From: Perna viridis | Taxonomy: Eukaryota | Reading direction: 5' to 3' | Length of the DNA: 64,000 bases | Assembly (NCBI GenBank): GCA_037379345.1 | Contig: CM074511.1 | Coordinates: 16,554,001 to 16,618,000, forward strand | Part shown: in pieces, positions 11,141 to 24,118 of the stretch | Numbering within the stretch: the stretch's first letter is position 1 | Layout: each line of letters starts with the position of its first letter | Translations under genes and position numbers: made by a program | Notes under the pieces: model-generated | What the model was told of the DNA's origin: nothing | What the model saw: the letters and a program-made list of their open reading frames with translations, nothing else | The model's database searches: none

Positions 11141-14100
11141 CGATACTTTTAGCAATTGTCCTGAAATTTTGATATGCTTTTACTAACCACAAATGGAGAG
11201 TACCTATTTAATGTGGACTTTGTGGCCCCTTATGTTTTCGGAAAAGGGACCAAAAAGAGTAAAAATAGTTTTTTTTTATTAAAACCTATGTAGAATATTT
11301 GTTTTATTCCGATTTTAATTGCTCTTTTTCGTGTTCCTTATTGAATTATTGTAAACAAATTTTGCAGCTGATTCCATGTATTTTGGAACATTCTTAAGTT
11401 GTACATGTAGGAGATCAAAATATGGCAACGTCCAAAAAACTCAACTTTTTTTAAATCCGATTTTAAAATCCTTAATTTCGTCATATTTTCTGATTAGTCT
11501 AATTGAATAAACAAAATATTAAATACATACATGTTTTTCAATTTTTACGTACAGTATAAATAAGGTGCACGTTCACCGGTTTTATTTGTGAATACACTAC
11601 ACAAATATATGTAGCGCCTTCTAGCGAATTATCACGAGCTTTCAGATAAGAATATAAACAGTAACAGTAACAGGGACACAGTTAAATGACCATGTTAGTC
11701 TTTTCTGAAAAAAATGTTGAAATTAAAACTGAGCTTGACATGTTTTCTTCAAGACCCAAATAAAATTTCACATTTCAAAGCCAAAATTTCTCTTATTCTG
11801 TAGGCAACTAAAAGGTTTTATGTCAAGTCCCGTGAAAATTCATGAGCAGAACTCGTGTCAACTAAAATCTGATTGAATTTACTTTTATTCTTAAATTTCG
11901 AAGAAAAGTTTTACATTACATATAGATTGGATCAAACAAATAAAATGTCAAAAATTGTATTTTATTTCCTTTTCTCTTTTTTCTTTACAGTTTTGCTCCC
12001 GGCCTGTTAACTACAAACAATAACGATCCAATTAGCCAGACATGGATTATAAACTTAAACAAAACAAGAAACAGCGTTTCATTATGAAAATGCTCATCAG
12101 GCAAGGTAATGCTTTATATGACTGCTAAGTTAAAACTTATAGCAGTTTTGGAAATAACAGACACAGCATATAAGCTTGAAACATCTTTCTACATGTATAT
12201 CTAGGCTGTGATGTAGGAATTTTCTCATTAGTATGAAATTAAGCTTTAATTTTGTAATCAGACATTAAGGAAGACATATCAATGGTTCTTGTTGGTCCTT
12301 ATTTCACAACTGATAAATATTAGTCCATAATCCCTTTAACCTGTCAAAATTTACTGTTTGTACTAAGTTCAGTTAGTTTCTTAAAATTTTTAGCTTTTTT
12401 TGCCAAAAAAGAAATGCTGTATACATGGTATACTAAAATTTTGTTAGAACAAATACTTATCAAAATACTGTTGGAATTAATAACAAAAATGAATAATTTC
12501 TACTTTAAAGTAATTCTAATTTTTTAAGATTAATTTTAATTTAGTATACACAAATAATTTCATATTTACATTAATTCAAAAGACTTAATCATTTTGCCAA
12601 TACTTCAAATGCCATGAAAATACATTTTCAATGACATCATCAATTTTTCTCAAAGAACAGTAAAAATAAAGATGAAATGACTCAACTTTAAAACTGATAA
12701 ATAACAAAATCGTAACATTCAACTGCAGTTAACAGGCATTTGCAGAAAATAAATATGCCTTTACATGTACATGTACCTCTTTCAGTGGACATAAAAAAAA
12801 TGTCTTATTTAATACTAGTTCTTTTCTAGGAGTTCAATAAACTAGAAACAGGCCTTTCAAATCTCACATACCCTATAATATAACAGACTTCCCATTTCAC
12901 AGTGTAAGTCATGAACTATATACATGTACATGTTCAATGTTTGCTTTAAAAATATCAAAGATTTAATACTAAAATAGACTATTGGTATAAAGAACAGCCC
13001 ATCACATTTTCCACAAAATGAAAAACTACTTGAACTGCTGTTAAAGTTACTGTAATGTGATTATTATGATGCCACCCAGAAATAAATATAGCGCAATAGA
13101 AAATTCAAAGAAAGACCTTCATGCATGTATCAGAACCTGGTATTTTTAGTAGCTAGATGCCAAAACTAGATTTTCTTAAGAAACCAGATTTTGTCTCTCT
13201 GAGTGTTAAATGAAATGATTGGACTTGCACAAATTCTTTACATACTGTGAATCTAGACATTTTTTACACCTTAAGTACTTTGTACACCATTCGGTTGCAC
13301 CTCAGGCCTTACTTCAACACTCCAGGTATAAAAATCTCCAATAGAATGCATTTCAACTTATTTATCATATTATTTGAAAACTGGGCATAACAAAACAAGT
13401 ACACAATACACTAGAAACTGTCTAATCCGACAAAATATGAAGAAAAGTGTTAATAACTATGTGAAATTTTGTACAAATCAGTAAGAAAACAAGAATACTA
13501 AAGGAGATATTTTAATTGCTTATTACAATGTACCATAAACATTCAACAGAGCTAATTTTAAAAGGGTGAACGAGATAATCGAATTCATGCCATTGAAATT
13601 GAGCGTGAACGAGTAAAGTACAAGTAACAGAAAAAAACTCAACAAATCGTAGCTTAATGTCTCCAACGGCCACAAAAAAAGTCGGAAGTGCAAAAGTCCC
13701 ATAACTACTGTAAAATTCGTTGAATAATGGGACACAATATAATTACAAATAGTGACTAACAATCCTACAAAATTTTAACAAGATATGCCTAGCAGTTTCT
13801 GAAGAGTTGCGTCAACAAATGTCACAAGAAGGACAGACCCACACTAGTATTTCTATGTCTCCTTCCATGTAAGGGTGGATGACAAAAATGTGAGAAAATC
13901 CAGTCAGATTTAATCTTTCAGAATGAGATTGAATTCTTCATGAAACACATGCATTGATTACTTGTGCGAACCACTTATAAGGAGAACAATTTATTTCCTT
14001 TGAGAAATTAATATATAGACTCTAATTTGAAAAAAAACCCCAAATATTTCTACTACTAGCTAAAGTTACATATTATATGTATGTATATTCAGACCTACAA

Positions 14101-16354
14101 ACAAATGTAACTAACATTTTTTGTTAGTTTAAAGTAAATCCAAAATGACACTTTCAAAAAAAAGTGATAGCAAGTACAACCTTGACCCTCCTCCTATCTT
14201 AGTTAATCTAAAAAAAATCAACCCTGAATAATCAATAATGTCCGAAATTGGGCAATTACATGTATAATAAACAATTTGGTAAACTGGAAGATTTGGGGGT
14301 TCTCAAAACATTTTAATTACTATAATGCGACTAGTGTTTGATTATCGTATTCAGGTACATGTAAAATGCAGAGGACACTTTCTTGAAAGATGCATGGTTC
14401 ATTCAAGTATCCGTATTATCAAGATGAATGTACTGTAATTAATCTGTTGTAACAGTGTTCTAGGATTTATCAGAAATTAAGGTTTCTTTGAGAAAAATCC
14501 ATAAAAAATCAACTTTCCCACAGTCAATGACTGCTTTCCTAACAAAACAAATCCTTACAGCATATGAAGTTTTCATAACTAAGTAACTTTAGTAACTAAG
14601 TACCTAACTTTCCCTGACCCATATTTCACTTGCCGCGACTAACAGGAAATAGGAATCCTAGAGCACTGTGTAAACTTGAGGCCCTTTGAGCTGGTCGTGG
14701 TTTCCCATGGTTTACATGTACATCAAAATAACAAATTTGCTTCTAGGAATTTCAACAACTTTGTGCAGTGAAAGGAAACAATAATACATCTATATAGGTC
14801 TCATATTTAATATTTCTATTATACGAGAAGAATGAAATAAGACGGTTGCATGTGTTAGCTTAAAAATAAGTCTGAAGTCAATTTTATAAATCATGACTGT
14901 GTCATAGAAATGGCACACTGAAAATGTGAATATGATTAAAAACTGAAAAAATTCTTTAAAAAAATTGGTTTCATTTATAAAAACAAAATTACAAATTAGA
15001 AAGTCGAAAAAAAGATAAATGATGAATGAAAAATTAATAACATAGTGCACAATGAAGCCAGGTTCACAAATAAATGTACTACATGCAACTGATTTCCAAG
15101 AGACCAATATAAATGTATTAATAGATAATATTTTGGTGGGAAACTTATCATACATACATATATACTAGGGAACTCAAAACAGATCTTTTTAACAAATGTG
15201 TTGTCTAACATGTACATTTACCCAAATTAAGAAAATGAACTACCTGAGTATATGAGGTGCAATACAAATGACGGTATTAATGAAAACTAGAAAAAACTGA
15301 GCAAAGCTGACTAAAGGTTACCCCACTGTAGAACACATTAACCCTACGGTTGAAATAAAAACTAAGTCGATAAGGAAGTTGATTTACATGTAGAAATTTT
15401 TGAAACATAATCTGCAAAATAGCCAAATATACATGGATCATTACAAAGAAAACTGTTAAAAAATTCAGTATTCAAAAAATATTCTTGATAATTCCTAGAT
15501 TAAGGAAGCCTTCAAATACATGAACAGTGTGTAAATACAAACATGTATCGCTTATTATCTATATAAAGTTGCTTTCAAAATATTTAATGGCTGTGTACAA
15601 GTACACTACAGAGAAAATGCCTATTTCAAATTCAAACCATGTATAGAGTAAAAATGTAAAAAAAAAAACAAGAACTAAAAAGAACATAGCAAGTTAATGT
15701 GTTCATGTACAATATATCCAGTCTTAAATGTAAACTAATGAAATGCATAAATACAAAATACACATGTACCATGTTAAGCTTCTTTAAATCATCCAGTGGC
15801 TGCGACAAGTACATTCATATACATTGTATGCACATGTTATTGTAATGGAAGTGGCAAGATTTGATGATCGAACAGACATGATAACTATAGGTACAAATGT
15901 ATTTACCTCCTGCTTTCAAAGTGTGACGATTTAGAAAATAAATTTATTTTGAAATGATTTAGCCGAGTAGATCAAATATTGCACTGTGCAGAAGATTTTA
16001 ATATTATTTAATAATACTGCAGTCAAATTTAGATGCATTGCATACATATACCAGAGCTAAACTAATGAAAATACTCAAGGAAATAATTTCTGATCAAATT
16101 AATTGATAAAACAGAATTTTAATGTGCTTTGTTGTACATTGACATTCAGTTCATATCCACTAACTACATGTAGCACAAAGTTATCTTGTAGATTCACTGT
16201 TTGACAATTTGGGGTGTTTTTTTATTATCTTATTTTTATTATGCTTTGTCACAAACGTGATATATATATACTATTATACATGTATGACAATAAATAAGAT
16301 AACGGTTTTAACTGGACTCCAAATATTAATCAATATTCATACATGTAATTAAAG

Positions 16355-16590
16355 TATGGCAAGCCGTTGTGGAATTTATTCCCTATTTATTGATATCAAT
16401 AAATATTTAATAACATGTTAATAAATGATTTATTGATATCAATAAATATTTAATAACATGTTAATAAATGATTTATTGATATCAATAAATCGATGAATTA
16501 TGAACGTGTTGATAAATATTTATTAACGTGTTGATAAATCATTTATTAATATAAATAAATTGAACGAATTATTAACATGTTATTAAATCT
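16355..16590. repeat. AT-rich array of palindromic subrepeats following a TATGGC-type terminus (probable DNA transposon end)
   Basis: A 43-bp unit starts at 16385, 16428 and 16471. Each contains the perfect 20-bp palindrome atttattgatatcaataaat, and degenerate copies follow. The array is preceded by tatggcaagccgtt at 16355. Confidence 0.75.
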
Positions 16591-17629
16591 TGTTCCGGAA
16601 GACTTGCATGCCGGGTAATGTCCAATGTTATTGTCATTTCGGTACTTATCGATTTCGGTACCTGAAAACGGTAAACGAGATACCTGTATTATGCACTAAT
16701 TTGTTACCAGATTTTGATTCAGATTCTTTATTGGTTTTAAATTTTACAGCTAATTCCTGGTCATAAAATGTGTTTATAATTCATTCATGGAAACTTTCCT
16801 CGCCATAAAATGTGATTATAATTCATTCATGGAAACATCGGAATGAAGATAGATCATAATAAAAATACAAAAATGAGCATAAATTATATGAATTATAGAA
16901 GTTTTTTAAGACTTAATATGTATACATCTATTAAATACATTTAAAAAATATACGTATTATAGCAAGTCACTATGAAATTGAACTGTTAAATATAGAGATC
17001 TATTTGTCTCTACGAATTAGCATAACAGAAACTATAGGTTAAATTCCATTATAGTGAACTTCGGAGGCAAGAATAAGCGTGTCGTCCAATTTTCAGAGCA
17101 CAGTCGATAAACTTCCCTACCTTACCCTGGAGAACATTTGATTCTCTACCTAAAAGAAACTTCAGTTTGTGAATACTTGGGCACCTATTTTAATATTTCG
17201 GTAATAGCGTAGTCTAATATTACCATCAGTGGCTAGGACATACCAAACGGGTCTATGTATGTATATTATTCAGTAAGAAATTGAAAAAGTTTACTTCTAC
17301 AAAACACAAAGGGGCGACCATCAATATTTAATTTATTGATAGTAAATGTAAATCTGAGTGTTAGAATACATTATATAGTTACAGCCGAAGAGTTCCAATC
17401 CCTTCAAAAAGTATTTCACTATAACGGCAACGCTTTTTTTGTTTTTTGTTTTTTGTTTTTTGTTTTTTATTTTTTATTTTTTATTTTTTATTCAATTATA
17501 TTTTTAGATTTTTTTGGGTTACTTTTTTTCGAAACTTGTTACGTCATAATTATATATATCTTATCTTAAATCCAAAAATGTCAATGTCACGTTAAAATCT
17601 ATAACAATACCTTTCATGTATGTAGTGCT

Positions 17630-18224
17630 TCATATACATGTGACATATGCAGTCGTGGTGTCTCGACTTGCGGAAATGGAAACATAATGGAAAGTCTCTG
17701 AAGGTGAAGTGAAATTGGAACCATGATTTCTCAGCATTCCACTGATCCACAGCTGCAGTGGGGAACTATGGTTACTAGTTCGTATGTTGTGTGCATTCCA
17801 GCCATTCTGAAATGATGCCATTCTCTTGTTGATGACTGGCAAATACACATAGTGCAACGCCTGGATGTGCGTGGCATTATCTGGATTCAGCTGGATGGCT
17901 GGATCATCTTCCATGGCATAAAATTCATGGTAGAAGGTGGACGTAACTTCTTAGTGCAGATCTCGCCACAATCTCTCGATGCGCTGATTATGGATGGATC
18001 TTCCAGTGATGTGGGATGACGGATCTCTAATAAGGTTCGTGAAGAGGGCAACCTTAGTGTTCTCCAACCCATGGTCTGATCGCACTTTGGAAGGTATACC
18101 ATAAAGACTGCAGGCCCTAATAAATGGCGTCAGAACAGAGGAAGCAGAATTACTGGTTCCACATACCATAAAAGTAATAAGTCTGCTAAAGCCATCAATA
18201 CAGCCATGTGTTGAAAGACCCCAT
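17630..18224 (-). pseudogene. DDE integrase-core transposase fragment (IS3/IS481-like, IS3EU-type), in-frame stop
   Basis: RWGLSTHGCIDGFSRLITF...YGIPSKVRSDHGLEN...[33 protein letters not shown]...LHYVYLPVIN...WNAHNIRT...SPLQLWISG. ORFs 17951-18277 and 17630-17914 are in one frame, separated by a TAA at 17951-17953. The exon starts after the acceptor ttttccag (18225-18226). No upstream exon was found. Confidence 0.85.
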
Positions 18225-19504
18225 CTGGAAAAGAAACAGAAAATATCATTATTAACTCCATTAGAAAACACATACATGTAATTTTAAGTCCTCAAATGTA
18301 ATATCTGGATATAATTTTACAATACTAATGAATGGATATTTAGTTGATGATAATGAACACAAATATACAATAATGCAAAGCTCCTCACAGAACAGCTTGC
18401 AACTGTGTAGGAAAAAAATCAATTTTCTCCTTAAAAATAAATTTTAACTTGTGATACGTAGAAACAACACACAAAGACGGGACACATATACGCTTCCGTA
18501 ATTAATATACAGCGATCATAAGGACATTTCGGTAGCTTCTGGCCTATGGAAATTTGAAAATGTAAAGACTATCTTCAGTGAAATATACACGTGATTTCAA
18601 GATTTAATACTCGTGCCAGGATAAAAACTTTCATCCAAATAACCGAAACAGCAATATGCAAATGAGGATAATTCATAGAAAATCTACCCGCCAATAATGA
18701 AAATATTTGAATGAACAACATGCAAATGACTATAAAAGAAAAATCCATTCGCCAATGAGAATTACGTGGAGACTAATATAGCACTTTCAAATAATTTGAC
18801 TTGAATGTCGTGACAAAAATAGTTCAATTACGCCACTGGCTAGTGTTTATACATTTGACATGGACGCCAAGACAAAAATAGATTTTACCTTGTAAACACC
18901 GAATGATTTCCAAAAAAACTTCGAAGACATATAGTTCGATACAAAGATTGATATATTTCAACAATATAGATAAGCAATATCGTACAAAAATATTATTTTA
19001 AGTTGGTATGATTCGGCTAACGCCTTACCCTCGCAACAGAATCTACTGACTGACTGAATAACCATAGACGGTCATATCGGAGCTTTTAACTTATATTAGC
19101 CTTCTGTCAAGTCTGTTGCCTTCTATATTTTGAACTCTTAGTTTTCAGTATGTGCATATGAATGGAATGTTGAAAATGAAAGTGGTAAATAAAAAAGCAA
19201 AAAAATGATAGACAGTAAAATCAAATGTAGAACCAAGAATAACCACAATTGGAGCGATATCCGAAAAAAAAACGACTTTCGAGGAAGATAAACGTAGTAA
19301 GAAAACATGGACAACACGACAAAAACAAACAAGAACTATCTTTTATAAAAAAAAAATATCCGACGCAGTAAAATTTGTTCTTTTTTTAGTTTCTATATTT
19401 CTTTGAAGAAAATAACACATGGCACGCAATTTCAATTTTCGAATGTCTTTTAGAACGCAATATCAAAATTCCGATACAGTTTTTTCGAACGCCATTAAGT
19501 TAGC

Positions 19505-19616
19505 AGTATTTGGCCCATCGGGAAACAATTTCGATCAGGTGATTTGTGTTTCCATAGAAGAGCGTCCTTAAGGTCAAGGGGTAAAAACTGAAACTATAAC
19601 CACTGCGTCGGAAAAA
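19505..19616 (+). repeat. Short dispersed repeat (copy 2 of 9301-9415)
   Basis: Aligns by eye with 9301-9415. Confidence 0.7.
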
Positions 19617-19940
19617 TATCAATAACAGAAATATTAAAAACATAATTGAATACTATACCTAATATACATAAAGCTTTTAACATTCAGGGACATGGTTAAA
19701 TTTTGTGTCAATAATTATCAAAAAAAGTCATGAAGCCCCCTTTTTACAATAACATTGAACATTTGGGTTTGTTCATAATTTTGTTCTTGTAAAAAGTGAA
19801 TCGATCACGGAATACACACATGCTGATTTATCCCCAAGTCATCTGTCGGTATCTTATCAATATTACGCGTGAAACTTCAACACGTAATATCGTTTGAATT
19901 ATCATTCTACATTCCGACTTGTTTTAAAATTGATGACTGT

Positions 19941-19948
19941 TATAAAGA
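19941..19948 (+). promoter_or_regulatory. Candidate TATA box of peptide gene 1
   Basis: TATAAAGA about 30 nt upstream of the signal-peptide ATG. The context is AT-rich, so the evidence is weak. Confidence 0.3.
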
Positions 19949-19973
19949 CCGTGATCTTATATTTCTGATGACA

Positions 19974-22465
19974 ATGAAGCTTGTATGTGCTTTACTTGGT
20001 TTCTCTGTAATTGCCGTAAGTTTCACATAAGTTTCGTCTTTTTACAAAGTTTCTTACACTTCAATTTTGAAAACAAACTGTTAAAGCACTTTTTAAGAAT
20101 AAATAAGATATGTTGCAGACCAAAAATTGATCAGTCAAAGTTATTTTAATTATTTTTAAACGTTTAAAGCTCTAAATAATGAATTCATATCGTTATCTAA
20201 GTAATACCTGTTTGCAGATACATGTCTCCAAGGAAAAGAAACATAATTAAAATTCTTCCAAGTAACTTCAGTTATGGAAATAAAGGACTAACTGCATATA
20301 CATGAACGCGCATTAAAATGATCAACCTCCAACTGACAGATGAATTCTCTTCGTATTAATTTTTTTAAACACGAAAAAAAAAAAGAAAAAAACTAGTAAG
20401 TCAATTTTTAGTAAAATATCTTTCCTTTGAGAGTTTTCTATATAATTATTATATATATATAACATGCTAATCTTCACAACAATTTGTCAAAGACAATTGT
20501 GAAGGTTTTCATCATGACTTTTGTAGCGCTTTAATTTGATATGTAAAAACTCTACTTTCTGTGAAATTTATCATTTTTTACACAGGGGCTTGCTCCCACT
20601 ATCAAATATGCAGCCCCACTAGTATATAAAATATACTAGTGGGGATGCATATTTGATAGTGGGCGCAAGCCCCTGTGATTTTGCACTTATTAACCTTACC
20701 CAGATTCTTTCTCCGTAAAACGAAATTCATATTTGTAATGTTATCGTTACGATCTCTCGTTTCACATGCAGCAACTTATAATAAAAAGAAATGCTTAATT
20801 TCCTGCACTCATTGGCCCAATTAAACCCATTTTTGGAGGACAAAACTTCGATATTTCGGATGTACGCTTAAGTCCTTTCATTTGACTGCGTCAACCTTGC
20901 CTTCAAAAACTTTTAATACTTGCACTTAATGACCCATCCCTTTGAACATGTATGAAATGTCAGGTTTGAAACTTGGATTTTTGTAATCCGCTCATTCAGA
21001 TCTTCAAAATGTTACGATATCACATGACCCCCTACGAGGAAGTTGAAAAAAATGCTGTCAAATTATGCAATTTCATAAATAGGTTCCGATGAAATATACA
21101 AGACCATTGCAAAATAGGAAAATTTCAAGTACTTGTAGTTTTGTTGCGTTTCGATATTGCCCCTTGTTATTGTGTCAAACAAATGTACTTGAGCAGATCT
21201 TTCAATCTGGGTAAACATTATTTGTGTATCTGTAAGTTGTGAATTGTGAAATAAATATCGCCGCTCTAAAATACTAAAATTTCAATAGGTCCAAAACAAA
21301 ACATGATATCTTAAATCTGAAAAATGTATGATAATTTAAAAAAAGAACATGTACAACACGTTTACAAAACAAGTTTAGAGCTCGTTTTGGGGGCAATGAA
21401 CAATTGAATTATAATGCAATACAAAACTCCCGAACCGGAAGTCGTAAATGCATGCGACTACCACCGTACACCTTAGGATCAGTTGTCCAGGTCACGGTCA
21501 TACAATCTTGTCATGGTCACAAAATTGATTTCGTGAATCAATTAAATTTTCATGATTTTTGAACAGACGGTCTGACTGATGTAAACTTGGGCTCAAAATG
21601 TAGAGCTTATCGAGAGGGTCACTTCATACCTGCATGTATGCACTTATCTCTATTCAATTTCCATTCTGTGACATTTGACCTTGGGTGCAAATGGAAAGGT
21701 CACATATAATAAAAAGCGCAGGTGAAGGTCCTATGTCTCTACATAGGACTTCCGGTTTTCGGAATATAAGCTTTCAAAAACTGAAGTAAGATATTTCAAG
21801 GGACGTAAGTTTTGATGTATGTTTATTTATGATAATGTCATGTGTCCTTTTACGTGTAACAGTCTATCTTTAGTGGTTTTCAAGATAGAAGCAATTAAAT
21901 TGCTAAAAAAATATTCTTAAAGAAAATGGCGGAATCCTTAGCAGGGTCATCTTCTAATATTACATTGTGACCTCTAATTTTGACTGAATATGTTTGTAAT
22001 ATCCTTTATATGAAAAGGGGGACCATGTTTCTTAAACACAAATTAACTTTATACTCAAAGTAAAAAAGTCAATGAAATGATACATGCATCAAAAAAAAGA
22101 AGGCAGTGTCTTTTGAGTAGGTTTAAGGGTACATTGTTTATGTACGAATTATACATGTATTCTGCATGTATTTAACATTGTAGATTGTAAAATGTCAAAG
22201 TGAATGCACACAAGCTTCTGACTGTAATACAAACGAATGTTGTATGGAACAATCCCAAAGTAAGCGCTTTCTGGATGAAACTTCAAAAGGAATGTGCCGA
22301 GCTAATCGTAAACAATTTCAACAGTGTGACCCATCAGATGCAGTGTCCAGAGACAATCCGAATTTACGAGTAATAGAATGCCCATGTGAATCGGGATATG
22401 CTTGTAAAAGTAACATTGACCCAGCAACGTACAGTAATTCATTCTGTGTTAAAAGTTTTAAATAA
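19974..22465 (+). CDS. Secreted 10-Cys prokineticin/colipase-fold peptide, paralog 1 (107 aa; exons 19974-20015, 22184-22465)
   Basis: Exon 1 MKLVCALLGFSVIA|gtaagt splices in phase 0 to ttgtag|IVKCQSECTQASDCNTNECCMEQSQSKRFLDETSKGMCRANRKQFQQCDPSDAVSRDNPNLRVIECPCESGYACKSNIDPATYSNSFCVKSFK*. The pattern is C-x5-C-x4-CC-x17-C-x9-C-x17-CPC-x5-C-x13-C. AATAAA/ATTAAA lie at the stop. Confidence 0.88.
20581..20677. repeat. Near-perfect 97-bp palindrome (47-bp arms, 3-nt loop), MITE-like with CAC...GTG ends
   Basis: cacaggggcttgctcccactatcaaatatgcagccccactagtatat-aaa-atatactagtggggatgcatatttgatagtgggcgcaagcccctgtg, with two mismatches. Confidence 0.95.
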
Positions 22466-24118
22466 ATCCATTAAAGTGATTTTTTAAGTTCCGTTTCTAG
22501 GTCAAATTTTCTAAATTAAATGTGGATATTTCGAGTACTTATTATATTCAAATGCGAAATGTTTTAAGTTACGATCTCCCCTACAGACATAACAACCACT
22601 TCCTGATTTACTACGAATTACTACGCTTGCTTATTATAGGGACTTTTTGCGACCACAATATCATTTTGTGTGTACAATTTAAATTATGTACAGTGATGTA
22701 TACTAGCTTGCATAAGAAGACGAGTTCAGTACTGAGTATGGCAGAGTTGTTTTAACCTTGCATTAGTCAAAATACTTCCTCGTTTTAACCTTTTGACAAT
22801 GCAGGCCTAATTTCACTTTAGTTTTCCTTGACTTACAGGCAAGCGGGTGCAGCTAGAAAAAAATCAGACTAAGCATGCCCTAGATAGGAAAAAGATACAT
22901 GGGGTTTATGTAAAATGAAAATTGAATAAAAAACAAACTTGATCTGCAGAGCATTTTTTTTCCATTCTGAAAAATTTAACAAAGTGTAACATAGGTATTT
23001 TTCTTCTTTTGGTCAATTTGGTCAACAAGAAGAAAAATACCTATGTTACACTTCATACGGTCCACTCATTTACACAGTTTAAAATCACATTGTCTGTACA
23101 TGTGCCTATTGTTTTTAAGCATGGCATAAGAGCTCACCTTAGTGATTGGAAAACATGTAAAAACGTTTCCATAAGTCTCTGTTTTGGCACTTTCTGCAGA
23201 ATTGGTGAAAATGCGCAGCAAAAATAAGGGTTTTTTTTATCAATTTAGATTGAAGATCAGACGCGAGAGACTACAGCTTTGTAAAGCCTGTTAGCATCTA
23301 AAACCATTTCTTACATCGCCGCGGGAAGAAAAGTTCCACTGACATTCATCATTTAAATTAACAAGAATCCAAATAGAGTCAGTTGAACTCTAACCTCTTA
23401 TCAGTACCAGCTGTTCACGTCGAAGCCAGTCGTTTAGTTGTCTACATATGTTAGACACATATGCCATTTGTAGTTTAACTAGGAAAGCAATCCTATGAGA
23501 TAATACAACATCTAGAGAGATACTGAGTACCAATCGAAAGAGCTACACAGTCTTTGCATTTAACTGTTATGCCGAAAGTATTAATTTTCTACTATATTTA
23601 GCCACAGAAGACGTTCTTATCCCATATCCCTCAGAATGAAAACAATAACAAATAAAAAAAAATAAACAATTAAAACAAAAACAAAACGCCAATTCAAACG
23701 AACCTGACAGTTAGATTGATAACAAATTGTGTACAGATTTTAATCAGAACAGATTCGCCTTATGACATCAGAATATGACAAATAATATATCTGCATGATA
23801 ATAATTTTGATAATGCAATTTTCCAAGGAATGGTGTAAGTCTTCGGTCTGGTGTTTCTGTTATTTGAACTCTCCTATAATCATTCTATTTTTGGTCATTT
23901 TGAAGGGTTTTTATTTAATTGAAATTAAAGGTTTGCTCGGTCCGTGATAAAAATCTACCTCCCTTAACTAAAAGCTTCAGTCAACATGGCCGTAAGTGGA
24001 ATCATTATATATACACCGTAAACGTTCTACTAATGATAACCCAGACCTTATCACTGCAATGACTTTTTCCCCTGCTTTAATTTACATGCAGTATTTATGA
24101 ATGTACAAGTGATTATCA

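Noticed and set aside
12070-12102. Hammerhead ribozyme on the minus strand (CTGATGAG...GAAAC)
   Set aside because: Stem II does not close properly before GAAA, and no stem III/NUH cleavage site or stem I partner could be formed.
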